From NCBI GenBank assembly GCA_001563335.1, contig LRSL01000007.1, positions 1-60,915 of the forward strand: 60,915 bases of DNA. The letters run 5' to 3'. The stretch comes from Candidatus Thorarchaeota archaeon SMTZ1-45 (GTDB lineage: Archaea > Asgardarchaeota > Thorarchaeia > Thorarchaeales > Thorarchaeaceae). The translations under genes and the position numbers were made by a program. Below are positions 1-9,811 of the stretch, one piece after another (the stretch's first letter is position 1; each line of letters begins with the position of its first letter). The notes beneath the pieces were generated by a model. It saw nothing but the letters and a program-made list of their open reading frames with translations, made no database searches and was not told the origin of the DNA.

Positions 1-462
1 CAATGTTCCTGATGAGTGCGCGACAATGAAGACTTTAGGAGTGTCAAACTTACTTCGAAGATAGTCAATTAATTCGTTACAATCTTCGACTAGTCTGTCT
101 AGGGTCATTGAATCAACCGGGATGCTGGAACTATATGATTTTCCTGCTCCTCGCTGATCCCAATGGACCACTGTGAAATATTTTATCAGCTCAGCATCCA
201 ATCTTCGGGAACTCGACATGCCTACTGTTGGTTCACCAGGACCGCCGTGTAAGAAAATCAAGACGGGATTATTTTGGTCCTCACCTCTAATGAATATCCA
301 TTGCTTCAAATCTCCGAGTGTAATCTCCTCCAATGAGCTTATTCCATTTGGTGTATCTATTCTTGTTGAATATCTCAAATATTGCCTATACAGGAATAGT
401 CCGATAATTAGAAACAAGAAGAATCCTAGTATTCCAATAATGATTATCAGAACGATATCCAT
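1..462 (-). CDS. alpha/beta hydrolase (proline iminopeptidase-like) with N-terminal membrane anchor; runs off the window edge
   Basis: Manual translation from ATG at 462: MDIVLIIIIGILGFLFLIIGLFLYRQ...QWIFIRGEDQNNPVLIFLHGGPG...VVHWDQRGAGKS; absent from ORF track because truncated. Confidence 0.85.
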   Translation of the reverse strand, partial: MDIVLIIIIGILGFFLFLIIGLFLYRQYLRYSTRIDTPNGISSLEEITLGDLKQWIFIRGEDQNNPVLIFLHGGPGEPTVGMSSSRRLDAELIKYFTVVHWDQRGAGKSYSSSIPVDSMTLDRLVEDCNELIDYLRSKFDTPKVFIVAHSSGTL

Positions 463-468
463 GCCTTT

Positions 469-1443
469 TCATTCCATAGTAACAACAACGTTTCCCAGTT
501 TGCCGCCTTGTTCAACAAATCGATGGACTTCAACAATCTGTTCTAGTGGGAAAGTTCTATCAATGACTGTCCTGATTGTCCCCGCTTCAATAAGTTCTCT
601 GAGCTCAACAAGACTATCAGTCGTATAGTCTGTGTATTTGTCATATACTATCATGTTATTGTTCCTTGCAGTAGATTTGTCTCCTCTAGAAACCGACCCG
701 TTTCCCTGGAGATAGGTCCCGTTCTCATTTAATGATTTCATACAACCTGAAAATTGGGTCACACCTACAACATCAAAGATGACATCATACGTCTCATCTC
801 TCTCTGTAAAGAGCTCTTGTTTGTAATCTATGAGATGATCAGCTCCCAATGATCGCAACATGTCGAATTTTCCCGCACTGTCCACAGCTGTCACTGTGGC
901 ACCCTCAGATTTGGCAAGCTGTAGTGCAATAGTACCTATGCTTCCTCCGGCTCCATTGATCAACACAGTTTGACCTTTCTGAATGTTTGCTTGTTTCATA
1001 TAATGGAGCGCTTCACTTCCACCAATGGGTATAGTGGACGCCTCATCAAAACTCATGTTGGTTGGCTTTATTGTTACTAATCCGTTTTCTGACATACTTT
1101 TGTACTCAGCGTAGGCTCCGAGACCAAGTGCGGTGCAAGCAAACACCTCGTCGCCAGGTTTGAACAAAGTGACATCCTTTCCAACTTCTTCTACAACTCC
1201 AGATAGCTGTTGACCCAATATCTTCTTTCTTGGACCCCTAAAACCAAATCCAAGACGTATAAGGAGTTTGAAAACAATATTATAGTAAGGAAAATTGAAA
1301 CCTCGAAGTTCGCAATCACCCAGTACTACCGTTGTTGCATGATTCTTAATCAGAATCTCGTTGTCCTTAGGTACAGGTTTGGGTACTTCAACCAGCTGAA
1401 GTACTTCTGGGGGTCCATATTTAATACAGACAATCGCTTTCAT
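469..1443 (-). CDS. NAD(P)-dependent MDR-family oxidoreductase (Zn-independent, quinone-reductase-like), paralog 1
   Basis: MKAIVCIKYGPPEVL start, GAGGSIG nucleotide-binding loop, C-terminal GKLGNVVV; start trimmed to ATG 1443 by similarity to the paralogs. Confidence 0.9.
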   Translation of the reverse strand: MKAIVCIKYGPPEVLQLVEVPKPVPKDNEILIKNHATTVVLGDCELRGFNFPYYNIVFKLLIRLGFGFRGPRKKILGQQLSGVVEEVGKDVTLFKPGDEVFACTALGLGAYAEYKSMSENGLVTIKPTNMSFDEASTIPIGGSEALHYMKQANIQKGQTVLINGAGGSIGTIALQLAKSEGATVTAVDSAGKFDMLRSLGADHLIDYKQELFTERDETYDVIFDVVGVTQFSGCMKSLNENGTYLQGNGSVSRGDKSTARNNNMIVYDKYTDYTTDSLVELRELIEAGTIRTVIDRTFPLEQIVEVHRFVEQGGKLGNVVVTME

Positions 1444-1459
1444 GAGTGTCACCCAAGTT

Positions 1460-1834
1460 TCAAACTGCTCCAATCCAATTCCATGCGTACCAGACAATCA
1501 GCACATTGAAAACAAGTCCCACAACTATCAGAAATCTATCGAAATATGAAGGGTATGTTCGCACGCCTGAGAGATTGAACAGGAAAAGGAATATGGATAC
1601 AATGATGTTTATCCAGCCATTTGCAGGATGAGGTAGGATTAGGGACATCGAAACCATGACAATTGGAATTAGCATAATTATTGCAGCAACCATCCACATT
1701 CCTTGAGTTGCCTTATTTCCTTCCATTTCCCCAGCCACAAAGTCGCCTGCAAATATGCGTAGCACATCACCCAAAAGGTAAGTTAGCATCAGAGAAATCC
1801 ATAATCCTGAAAGAATTAGCTGCACATCTTCCAT
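1460..1834 (-). CDS. small integral membrane protein (DUF6326-like)
   Basis: LSGLWISLMLTYLLGDVL N-terminus, 4 hydrophobic segments. Confidence 0.7.
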   Translation of the reverse strand: MEDVQLILSGLWISLMLTYLLGDVLRIFAGDFVAGEMEGNKATQGMWMVAAIIMLIPIVMVSMSLILPHPANGWINIIVSIFLFLFNLSGVRTYPSYFDRFLIVVGLVFNVLIVWYAWNWIGAV

Positions 1835-1837
1835 ATT

Positions 1838-1897
1838 TCAACCACCAAACTTCAAGACCTTTAGAAAGCCAAAATTTGTACATACAATGGCTTTCAT
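1838..1897 (-). pseudogene. N-terminal remnant of an MDR oxidoreductase gene
   Basis: Reads MKAIVCTNFGFLKVLKFGG-stop, clearly similar to MKAIVCIKYGPPEVLQL of the adjacent paralog. Confidence 0.7.
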
Positions 1898-1909
1898 AAG
1901 TTTCAAGCA

Positions 1910-1951
1910 ATCCCCCCAAAAAGAGGGGATGGAGACCAAGTTGTGGTCTCC
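1910..1951. terminator. two tandem GC-rich hairpins downstream of 1963..2328
   Basis: ATCCCC(1910-15)/GGGGAT(1925-30) and GGAGACCA(1931-38)/TGGTCTCC(1944-51). Confidence 0.5.
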
Positions 1952-1962
1952 TGAACGAGCAT

Positions 1963-2328
1963 CTATTGTGGCTCCAAGAGAAGTCCCGGGAGAATGATGA
2001 ATAATCCTGGGAGGCTAAAGCCCATGAGTAGGTTGAGGATACCGACAATGGTGAATCCTGTCCTATGTGCCATCGGATCTTTTCGCCACATGTAGATAAT
2101 GATGAGATAGATGATTTCGAGACCAGCTATGGCAAAAATAATAGCTGGGATAAATAGTGGGTATGCTTGAATGAACGTTAGGACCGTCGGGTCAGTGATG
2201 AAAGATCCTAGGTCGAGGAATTCGACTGCAAGGACAAATCCAACTCCTGCACCTATGGTTGCAATAATAAAGAGGACAATGAAGATTATCGCAAACCACA
2301 ACATTCTTTGTGCTGTTTCAGCTTTCAT
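1963..2328 (-). CDS. hypothetical membrane protein
   Basis: 121 aa, three to four hydrophobic helices. Confidence 0.7.
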   Translation of the reverse strand: MKAETAQRMLWFAIIFIVLFIIATIGAGVGFVLAVEFLDLGSFITDPTVLTFIQAYPLFIPAIIFAIAGLEIIYLIIIYMWRKDPMAHRTGFTIVGILNLLMGFSLPGLFIILPGLLLEPQ

Positions 2329-2514
2329 TCTATTTCTCTCCTTTACTAAGTTACATTAGGTAACCAGCCTACTTCGTTCATAGGCCTCAATCATAAGTGT
2401 TCCTACAAACTTGCTCTGATTCAACATCATATGAATAATGCACCCTGATACGACAAATAAGAGTGGCAAGCACAGTCTTTTGTTGGATTTTGCTAGCTTA
2501 TTCAAGTCATGAAG

Positions 2515-2835
2515 TTAATCTGGAGTTTCGATAACATCAAAGTGAGCTGACACTTTGTCAAATCTCGATAGAAGCTGCCTCGCTTTAGGGGGAACTACAG
2601 CAACTTCATAATCCTCTCCTGCAAAATCCCGTACTGCATCTAACGTGTCAAACCACATTATTGTAACAAACTCTACACTATCGTCTGCATCTCTACGGAG
2701 AAGGTGAATACCATGATAGCCTTGAATTGAACGCTTCGCAATATTAGTGAATATCTCCGTACGTAGTAATTCTTCGTATGCATCCGCGTTCTCGCGATTC
2801 GTCCAACCATGCCATATTCTACTAATCATTCTCAA
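2515..2835 (-). CDS. antibiotic biosynthesis monooxygenase (ABM)-like dimeric alpha/beta barrel protein
   Basis: MISRIWHGWT...EFVTIMWFD...FAGEDYEVAVVPP pattern typical of this family. Confidence 0.75.
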   Translation of the reverse strand: MRMISRIWHGWTNRENADAYEELLRTEIFTNIAKRSIQGYHGIHLLRRDADDSVEFVTIMWFDTLDAVRDFAGEDYEVAVVPPKARQLLSRFDKVSAHFDVIETPD

Positions 2836-2886
2836 TCCTCATGTACCTGATAACATCCAAGTTTACCTGTCGCAATAAAATAAAAC

Positions 2887-3864
2887 CTAATTCATAGTTA
2901 TTACTACCTTTCCTCGAGCATGTCCTTCTTCAAAATAATGGAAAGCTTCAACAATCTCACTCAATGGGTAACTTCTATCTATGACTGGTACTACTTTGCC
3001 AGCTTCAAAGAGTTCCGCAAGGAAATCATAATCTTCCATTAGGTCTTGATCTAGAGGATTGATACCATAGCTCCTACTTCCCATCCTGGAAATCAATGGA
3101 CCTAGAACTAATGCTTGAAAAAGAGCTGACCTACTTCCTCCGACCATGATATACATACCATTGGGATTCAACGCTCGTCTGTAAGAGAGTAATGAACGAC
3201 GTGCCACAGTATCAAGAATCGTGTCGTAGCGCTCCCCTGTTTTTGTGAAGTCTATTTCCTTGTAATCAAGAACGTGATCTGCGCCTATTGATTTCATCAT
3301 TTCAATTTTTATCGCGCTATCGACGCCAGTAACTTCTGCTCCATAGTATTTCGCAATCTGGATTCCAAATGATCCCATTCCGCCCCCAGCTCCATTGATT
3401 AAGACCTTTTGTCCAGGCTGAATCTCTCTTTTTCCTCGTAGACTCTGCAGAGCGATGATACCTGATTCAGGGTAGGTTGATGCTTGTTCGAAAGTCATGC
3501 TAGCTGGTTTCAGCGCCAGCACTTTTTCAGGAGCACATGCATACTCAGCAAATGCACCATAGCCATTTGGGATCAACAGGTCCCCGAGGACCTCTTCACC
3601 TGGCTGAAATTTCGTGACATTACTTCCAACCATTTCGACTGTTCCAGCTATGTCAGTTCCAAGAATCTTGTGTTTTGTCCTAAGAGGACCTCCGAGGCGG
3701 GATGCCCACGAACCTCTCATAGCTTCGAAGTCGGATGCATTTAGAGAAGCTGCTTTGACTTCCACTAGAACCTGATCGGCGGCAGGAGATGGCTTTTCCA
3801 CATCCTTGTATTGAAGGACTTCTGGACCTCCATATTTTGTAATTACTATTGCTTTCATAAGCAT
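2887..3864 (-). CDS. NAD(P)-dependent MDR-family oxidoreductase, paralog 2
   Basis: MKAIVITKYGGPEVL, GAGGGMG, GHARGKVVI. Confidence 0.9.
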   Translation of the reverse strand: MLMKAIVITKYGGPEVLQYKDVEKPSPAADQVLVEVKAASLNASDFEAMRGSWASRLGGPLRTKHKILGTDIAGTVEMVGSNVTKFQPGEEVLGDLLIPNGYGAFAEYACAPEKVLALKPASMTFEQASTYPESGIIALQSLRGKREIQPGQKVLINGAGGGMGSFGIQIAKYYGAEVTGVDSAIKIEMMKSIGADHVLDYKEIDFTKTGERYDTILDTVARRSLLSYRRALNPNGMYIMVGGSRSALFQALVLGPLISRMGSRSYGINPLDQDLMEDYDFLAELFEAGKVVPVIDRSYPLSEIVEAFHYFEEGHARGKVVITMN

Positions 3865-3876
3865 TCTCTCTCGTGT

Positions 3877-4575
3877 TTATAATGGCACTATTGGTACAGG
3901 TGGATGAGGGTACAATAGCCAAAATCCCAAGACTAGTTCGAAAATCCAAATCAGCAGACCCCCCAAGTTCCATAGAGCGTTGAAGTTGGGTCTTACACGT
4001 TTTGCACCGTTACCGAAACCATAGATGACGCTAGCAACAATTCCAAACCATCCAATAATTGTCAACTTTGGGAATGTTTCATAGACAACAAACACGATTG
4101 AGTATGCTAGCGTACCAATGGAGAAAAGGATTTGTGCAAAGGAGAAGGTGGAGTTCTTTGATTTGAGAATGGCAAGAGCTGAATCACTTAAAGCATCCTT
4201 TTCTGCACCACTAGCTCCCGAGTACTGAGTAGCGATATTGAGAAGACCCCAATAGTCCCTCTTTCTGTTAAGCTGGATCAAACCCTCGCCTGAACGAGCA
4301 CAAACCCAAATGATTCCAAGCATTAGATTGTATTGATTGAAAGCGATGAACAGCGATACAGCAAGAGTGATTATGATCACATGCTCTATAACCACTAACA
4401 AGGTGCCTGTTCTGAACTTCTTTGGATCTTCACTAATCTCTTGGAGCTTAGCGTCTGAGTCCAATTCACTGAATATCTCATAACCATACCTAGAAGATGC
4501 AATGACTAAAACTAGAATGATAAGCAAAAATAGAAATCCGGATATTTCCACAAACACGAATTCTTCCTCCTTCAA
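3877..4575 (-). CDS. DUF4386-like multi-pass membrane protein
   Basis: ~6 TM segments, C-terminal GGLLIWIFELVLGFWLL motif. Confidence 0.65.
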   Translation of the reverse strand: MKEEEFVFVEISGFLFLLIILVLVIASSRYGYEIFSELDSDAKLQEISEDPKKFRTGTLLVVIEHVIIITLAVSLFIAFNQYNLMLGIIWVCARSGEGLIQLNRKRDYWGLLNIATQYSGASGAEKDALSDSALAILKSKNSTFSFAQILFSIGTLAYSIVFVVYETFPKLTIIGWFGIVASVIYGFGNGAKRVRPNFNALWNLGGLLIWIFELVLGFWLLYPHPPVPIVPL

Positions 4576-4576
4576 T

Positions 4577-4780
4577 TTACAGATGGCTAAATGTTAGTAT
4601 AGCATTACCCATCTTTCTGCTAGCTTCAACATAAGTATGAGCCTCCACGACATATTCCATAGGATATGAGTGGAGTTGGTCTAATCCTGTTAAATACCCA
4701 CCAAACAGTAAACGGAATAGCTGTGTCACAACTAATGCTAATGATAGTCCTTCTGATTGTCTTATTTCAGTCACATTCAA
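4577..4780 (-). pseudogene. chimeric remnant: fragment of a membrane-protein gene joined to the C-terminal end of an MDR gene
   Basis: Last ~30 aa SYPMEYVVEAHTYVEASRKMGNAILT match the MDR C-terminus (TYPLEEIVEATRYVETGRKKGNVVIT); the first half is an unrelated hydrophobic segment. Confidence 0.65.
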
Positions 4781-5760
4781 GTTTCCACAACCGTAATGAC
4801 CACATTTCCTTTTTTCCGTCCAGTTTCGACATATCTCGTGGCTTCTACGATTTCCTCCAATGGATATGTCCTATCAATGACTGGTTTTAGATGTCCAGCC
4901 TCGATGAGTTCCTTGAAATATATTAGGTCCTCGTGTAGTCCTGTTGCTGTTCCTCCAAGAATTCTCTTGTTGTTTTTCTTTGGAGCAAATTTCGCTTGAA
5001 CACTACGCCTCATCATGTGAACAGCGTCAAGGAAGACTCCTCCATCCTTCAGTGCTTTCATAGAACCAGACAATGATAATTTACCAACTGCGTCAAAAAT
5101 CGCATCATAGGTTTCGCCGCTCTGGGTGAAGTCTTCCATTCTATAATCTATCATTTTGTCAGCACCAAGCTCCTTCACCCATTCATGATTTGAGGCACTA
5201 CAGACAGCAGTGACCTCAGCCCCAAAGTGCTTTGCAAGCTGGACTCCGTATGAACCAACACTGCTTGAAGCACCATAAATCAATACTTTCTGACCAGGTT
5301 GAATGTTTCCTTGTGTTCTAAGGAAGAACAATGCTGTGTCTGCGCCAACTGGAATGACAGCTGCTTCACCAAAGGTCAGATTGGTTGGTTTGTGTGTGAT
5401 TGAACCATCATTACCATCGCTATCTTCAGGAATGCATACATATTCAGCATATGCTCTAAAAGTAAAGCCAGTAGTCCCGAATATTTCATCACCAGGCTGG
5501 AATTTAGTTACTTCATTGCCTACAGCTTCAACCACTCCCGCTAGTTCAATTCCTAAAATGTTGAACTTCTTTGGTGCGAATATACCATTCATCATTCTTG
5601 CCAGAAATGGGTCCGGCTTTCGCATACGCCAGTCAGCGGCAGTCACTGATGTTGCATATATCTTGATCAGAACTTCATTTTCCTTTGGAGTTGGTTTCTC
5701 GATCTTTTTCAATTGAAGGACCTCAGGAGGCCCATATTTTTCAAATACAACAGCTTTCAT
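4777..5760 (-). CDS. NAD(P)-dependent MDR-family oxidoreductase, paralog 3
   Basis: MKAVVFEKYGPPEVL, GASSSVG, GRKKGNVVI. Confidence 0.9.
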   Translation of the reverse strand: MKAVVFEKYGPPEVLQLKKIEKPTPKENEVLIKIYATSVTAADWRMRKPDPFLARMMNGIFAPKKFNILGIELAGVVEAVGNEVTKFQPGDEIFGTTGFTFRAYAEYVCIPEDSDGNDGSITHKPTNLTFGEAAVIPVGADTALFFLRTQGNIQPGQKVLIYGASSSVGSYGVQLAKHFGAEVTAVCSASNHEWVKELGADKMIDYRMEDFTQSGETYDAIFDAVGKLSLSGSMKALKDGGVFLDAVHMMRRSVQAKFAPKKNNKRILGGTATGLHEDLIYFKELIEAGHLKPVIDRTYPLEEIVEATRYVETGRKKGNVVITVVET

Positions 5761-5854
5761 CTTTATTCACCCTTGTTTCTGTGTAGATAGAAAGCTCTTG
5801 CAAATCTTGCATACATCTCATCCGAATCCATCTCAAATATCTCTCTTTTTGTGT

Positions 5855-5869
5855 GTTACATATTGTAAC
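5855..5869. promoter_or_regulatory. spaced palindrome GTTACA-TAT-TGTAAC, candidate transcription factor site
   Basis: ~95 bp upstream of the 5760 start; the core TTACATATTGTAA recurs exactly at 38040-38052. Confidence 0.4.
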
Positions 5870-5958
5870 CAGCTCATTGAGTTTTTGCAGGCTTTTGCAT
5901 AAGTCTTCCGACAAATATCAACTAGGTCTTCCTCCAACTGGCTTCTTGTCGTGTTTAT

Positions 5959-6891
5959 CTAGTCTTGATCCACAATCACAACGACGCATCCTCTCTTACG
6001 CCCAGTTTCCACGTATTTGTGAGCCTCTGGGATCTGCCTAAAGGTGTAGGTCTTGTCTATGACGGATTGTATCTTGCCCTCTTCCATGAGATCTTTCAGG
6101 AAGAACATGTATTCCAAATGGTCCTTGCTTCTACCAACACCACCAGAATGTTTGTTGACATTAAGATGAATACCTGTTTCTTTCAACGACGCCTTCCATT
6201 GCTCAGGGGTGAGCTTGTCTATAGCATCAAAGATGACATCGTATGTTTCTCCACTCTTACTGAAGTCTTCAGTCGTGTAATCAATCACCTTATCAGCTCC
6301 TAGTGATTTCACAAGTTCCAGATTTCTGGTACTGCACACGCCAGTTACTACTGCACCAAGGTGTTTCGCGATTTGGACTGCATACGTTCCGACATTTCCA
6401 GATGCTCCATAAATCAATACTCTCTGTCCAACTTGAATGTCAGCTATCTTGAGTACTTTCGCTGCCGTCAATCCGCCTCCAAGGACTGGGACTGCTTGCT
6501 CAAATGACATGTTTGAAGGTTTGACTGCTATGATATCATCTTCAGGCATGCACTTGTACTGTGCATAACCTCCAAGATCCACCCAGAAGGTTGATGCAAT
6601 GACCTCGTCACCGACTTTGAATTTTGTGACATCTTCACCAACTTCCTCTATCTCACCAGCTATCTCCATTCCTAGGATATCCTTCCTAGGCTTTGTGAAA
6701 CCTAAGAAAAGACGCGCAGCAATCTTCTGCCCAGTAGGAAGGTCGAGACCCCGCATTTTCACATCACCAGTAGACACTGTTGTCATCCTAATCTTGACTA
6801 GGACTTCATTGGTCTTTGGAACTGGTTTCTCAATCTCTTTGATTTGCAAGACTTCCGGTGGTCCATATTTGGTGGTTACCATTGCTTTCAT
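5959..6891 (-). CDS. NAD(P)-dependent MDR-family oxidoreductase, paralog 4
   Basis: MKAMVTTKYGPPEVL, GASGNVG, GRKRGCVVV; start trimmed to ATG 6891. Confidence 0.9.
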   Translation of the reverse strand: MKAMVTTKYGPPEVLQIKEIEKPVPKTNEVLVKIRMTTVSTGDVKMRGLDLPTGQKIAARLFLGFTKPRKDILGMEIAGEIEEVGEDVTKFKVGDEVIASTFWVDLGGYAQYKCMPEDDIIAVKPSNMSFEQAVPVLGGGLTAAKVLKIADIQVGQRVLIYGASGNVGTYAVQIAKHLGAVVTGVCSTRNLELVKSLGADKVIDYTTEDFSKSGETYDVIFDAIDKLTPEQWKASLKETGIHLNVNKHSGGVGRSKDHLEYMFFLKDLMEEGKIQSVIDKTYTFRQIPEAHKYVETGRKRGCVVVIVDQD

Positions 6892-7019
6892 TATCGACAC
6901 AGTCTTGTAACTATGGTCCGTAAGTAATAAATGAAGTGTCAATAATCAGAAACTTTGGATTCATCGTATAGAGAATCATCAGAAAGTAGGAGATATTTCT
7001 TCTAGAAACAGAGTCAGTT

Positions 7020-7511
7020 CTAATGATTTGATAAGAAGCTCTCAATATCCTGAGTGAAATTCAGTGTTCCTCTCTCTATTTGCTTCGTTAAAGCATCTAA
7101 ATCACTGAAGTCTGGGTTGTCAATTAAGATGTGATCCAAAATAGAATCAACACCTTCTGTCGTAATTGCTATGTTGTATTCTTTCCAGCCACATTCACTG
7201 AACAATTTCATGTATTTTGTTTGAACATCCTTGTTACTTGCTGATAACCAAACCTCAAAACGAAATGCTTCATGAAGGAAGACTATCGCGATTTTCAATT
7301 TTCGATGTTTCAATGATTTTTTGAAAAAGGAGAAATATGTCATATCCATATATCCATAATAGACGCTACCAGAAACAGAGTCATCAGGATATTTCTTTTT
7401 GAAATATAATCTCAAAGTGTTGAAATATTCCATCAATCCTCTGTATGCTTCTATGATGGTGCCCTTCTCTAGCTGTTTCTTGTATTCATTCATAGATTCA
7501 TGGAATGACAT
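7020..7511 (-). CDS. conserved hypothetical protein
   Basis: 163 aa soluble ORF with YYGYMDMTYFSF and RFEVWL motifs resembling a widespread uncharacterised family. Confidence 0.7.
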   Translation of the reverse strand: MSFHESMNEYKKQLEKGTIIEAYRGLMEYFNTLRLYFKKKYPDDSVSGSVYYGYMDMTYFSFFKKSLKHRKLKIAIVFLHEAFRFEVWLSASNKDVQTKYMKLFSECGWKEYNIAITTEGVDSILDHILIDNPDFSDLDALTKQIERGTLNFTQDIESFLSNH

Positions 7512-7551
7512 ATTTTATTCCTCGATGAGCTTGAATTGCTTCTTTGATAAA

Positions 7552-8109
7552 CTAGGTTTCTTGTTTCCTCTCATTCACTATCCAATAGATGAAGTATATT
7601 GCAATAGGAATACCGAAGACCACAAAGACCCAGCCAACCGCAGTTAACCATGAGATTACCCAGTCAGTTAATGTCCATGCGTTAAAGGCAAGGTCCCAGC
7701 GACCACTTGTCCATATAATGATCAGCCAAAATACACCGATGAGGAAACCGATAGCATCACCTTCTTCACGCGAACCGCGTTTAGTTTTTCCCAAACGTTC
7801 TTCCTCTGGAAGCTTACTGTACCACTTGAGGTATATCACCACGACTATTACAAGGACCCAACTTCCCACAAAGAGAAGTTCCCAAAAGATCACATGCAAA
7901 ATGAATGTGATAAGATACCCGACAGTGAACTCTCCAAGTGTCGATGGTAAAAGGGCTGTTGCTTGTGCATTTTCAACAAACCAGAGTAATACAAGCACCG
8001 CTGCGCTCACAGCGACTGCAAAGACCGCAACGAACACTATGGTCATTTTCCAATGTCTTTTCAGAAATCTCTTCTGTTGTTCATCAAGTAGCTCATCGTC
8101 AGTACTCAT
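7552..8109 (-). CDS. hypothetical membrane protein
   Basis: 4 hydrophobic helices, Trp-rich. Confidence 0.7.
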   Translation of the reverse strand: MSTDDELLDEQQKRFLKRHWKMTIVFVAVFAVAVSAAVLVLLWFVENAQATALLPSTLGEFTVGYLITFILHVIFWELLFVGSWVLVIVVVIYLKWYSKLPEEERLGKTKRGSREEGDAIGFLIGVFWLIIIWTSGRWDLAFNAWTLTDWVISWLTAVGWVFVVFGIPIAIYFIYWIVNERKQET

Positions 8110-8174
8110 TATATAAACTCCTTCACTAATCTTGAATGAATGGTTGTGTCTTCTTTGTAATTAATCCTCTGTAT

Positions 8175-8636
8175 TTAATACAAGTACTGTACTAGATTCT
8201 GAGCAAACTCTTCTTCGTGTTTGAGGTCTTCAGCATTAGGTCGACCTTTGTTCACTCCCCCAAAGAATCTAGTGAAACTGTTTGTGTTAAAACCTGGGCA
8301 ACCAAATTCATCAATGATTGTGTAACCTTTCGATTGCAGTGTTTCTCGAAGTGTTGTGTGATTTTTCGTGACTTCATAACCAAGAGTACAGGTTGAGAAA
8401 ATGAATGCAAGCTTGCCAGTGACTTCTGGTAGTTTATCAGCAAGATCAAGTACAGTCTTGTGGTGTTTTCCACTATATATCCCTGAACCAAAGCCTACTA
8501 GATTATACTGTTGAAAATCCTCAGGATTTACTTGCTGAGGCGTTCTTATTTGCGCATTAAGAACCTTTGCAAAAACATTTGCGATTTTCTCAGTATTATT
8601 ATGATGGTATGAAAACAGAACTAAAAGAGACTTCAT
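8175..8636 (-). CDS. flavodoxin-family protein
   Basis: FSYHHNNTEKIA FMN loop, GFGSGIY, NKGRPNAEDL; start trimmed to ATG 8636. Confidence 0.85.
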   Translation of the reverse strand: MKSLLVLFSYHHNNTEKIANVFAKVLNAQIRTPQQVNPEDFQQYNLVGFGSGIYSGKHHKTVLDLADKLPEVTGKLAFIFSTCTLGYEVTKNHTTLRETLQSKGYTIIDEFGCPGFNTNSFTRFFGGVNKGRPNAEDLKHEEEFAQNLVQYLY

Positions 8637-8771
8637 TTGTAACACATACTTCTCCATATTCAATATGAGTGATAAAATTAATCCCAATGAAAGTGTTGAA
8701 ACTTGAGTTTGACCAAGTCAATGAAGGTTCTAACCAAAAATAAATCAATAGAACCAACTTTCAATTAAGAT

Positions 8772-9791
8772 ATGGAGTCCTCCTCGCTTCTTACATACCT
8801 GAAAAATCATTTTCCAAATCGAAACTCGTTACAGATGTTTGATTTCAAAGACATAACGAGTGGTTGGGAAACCCAGATATTTTCTTTTAACTTAGAATGG
8901 TTCTCAGACAATGGGAAAGAATCTGATGAACTTATCCTTAGAGTATATGCACCTGGAATCAGTGAAAAAGCAGAACGAGAAGCATTTGTTATGAAGAAAC
9001 TCTCAGAAATAGGCTATCCTGTTCCAAAAATACATCTACTAGAAAAAGACGACTCAATCCTTGGACATCCCTTCATAATTATGAACAGAATAAGCGGTTC
9101 AACATTAGAGGAACTAAATTCCAAGCCTAATGCTGATAGAAAGAAATGGGCAAATCTATTCAGTAGACTATTTGTTGATTTACATAATTTGGACTGGACT
9201 TACCTTGTGTCTAATCCACTCATCATTCCTCAAGATGATCCATACTTCATAATTAACGCAACCCTGGTTGATTATAAAGACACTCTTGACCGGTTCAGGA
9301 AGAGTGAGTTGAACCCAATACTCGAATGGCTCAAAGCTCGGGTTGACAGAGTTCCGTGTCAAAAGGTTTCGATTACCCACGGGGACTTTCATCCAATGAA
9401 CATACTGATTGATGAAGATGAAAACCCGTTTGTGATTGATTGGGGTGCTTCCCGAGTAAGTGACTTTCGAACTGATCTTGCCTGGACCTTGCTGCTTACA
9501 AGAGCTTATTCAACACAGAAAAATCGTGATTCAATTCTCAATGGATATCAAAGTATTACTGGGCATGAAATTGAAGAAATCGATTACTTTGAAGTACTTG
9601 CTATTCTTAGACGTTTGCTTGACGTCTTGATTTCCATGGGTAATGGACCAATTTCAAGAGGATTGCGCAAAGGTGCTGTTCCGCTAATGAAAGAACAGAT
9701 GGGTCATATTGAAGTTGTCTATAATTTACTTCACGAATTGACAGACATTCGAATTCCAAAAGTTGAAGATTGGATTGATAGGTTTACTTAA
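8772..9791 (+). CDS. aminoglycoside phosphotransferase (APH)/choline-kinase-like phosphotransferase
   Basis: HGDFHPMNILI catalytic loop and IDWG metal-binding motif. Confidence 0.9.
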   Translation: MESSSLLTYLKNHFPNRNSLQMFDFKDITSGWETQIFSFNLEWFSDNGKESDELILRVYAPGISEKAEREAFVMKKLSEIGYPVPKIHLLEKDDSILGHPFIIMNRISGSTLEELNSKPNADRKKWANLFSRLFVDLHNLDWTYLVSNPLIIPQDDPYFIINATLVDYKDTLDRFRKSELNPILEWLKARVDRVPCQKVSITHGDFHPMNILIDEDENPFVIDWGASRVSDFRTDLAWTLLLTRAYSTQKNRDSILNGYQSITGHEIEEIDYFEVLAILRRLLDVLISMGNGPISRGLRKGAVPLMKEQMGHIEVVYNLLHELTDIRIPKVEDWIDRFT

Positions 9792-9811
9792 TGTTTTCAC
9801 AAAGCCTTGCA

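Noticed and set aside
5959-5961. TAG recoding (pyrrolysine) suggested by the open frame after MDR paralog 4
   Set aside because: The MDR is already full length at the TAG, and the other TAG-ending genes checked (1963, 2887, 7020) hit another stop within ~2-22 codons; no pyl genes in the window
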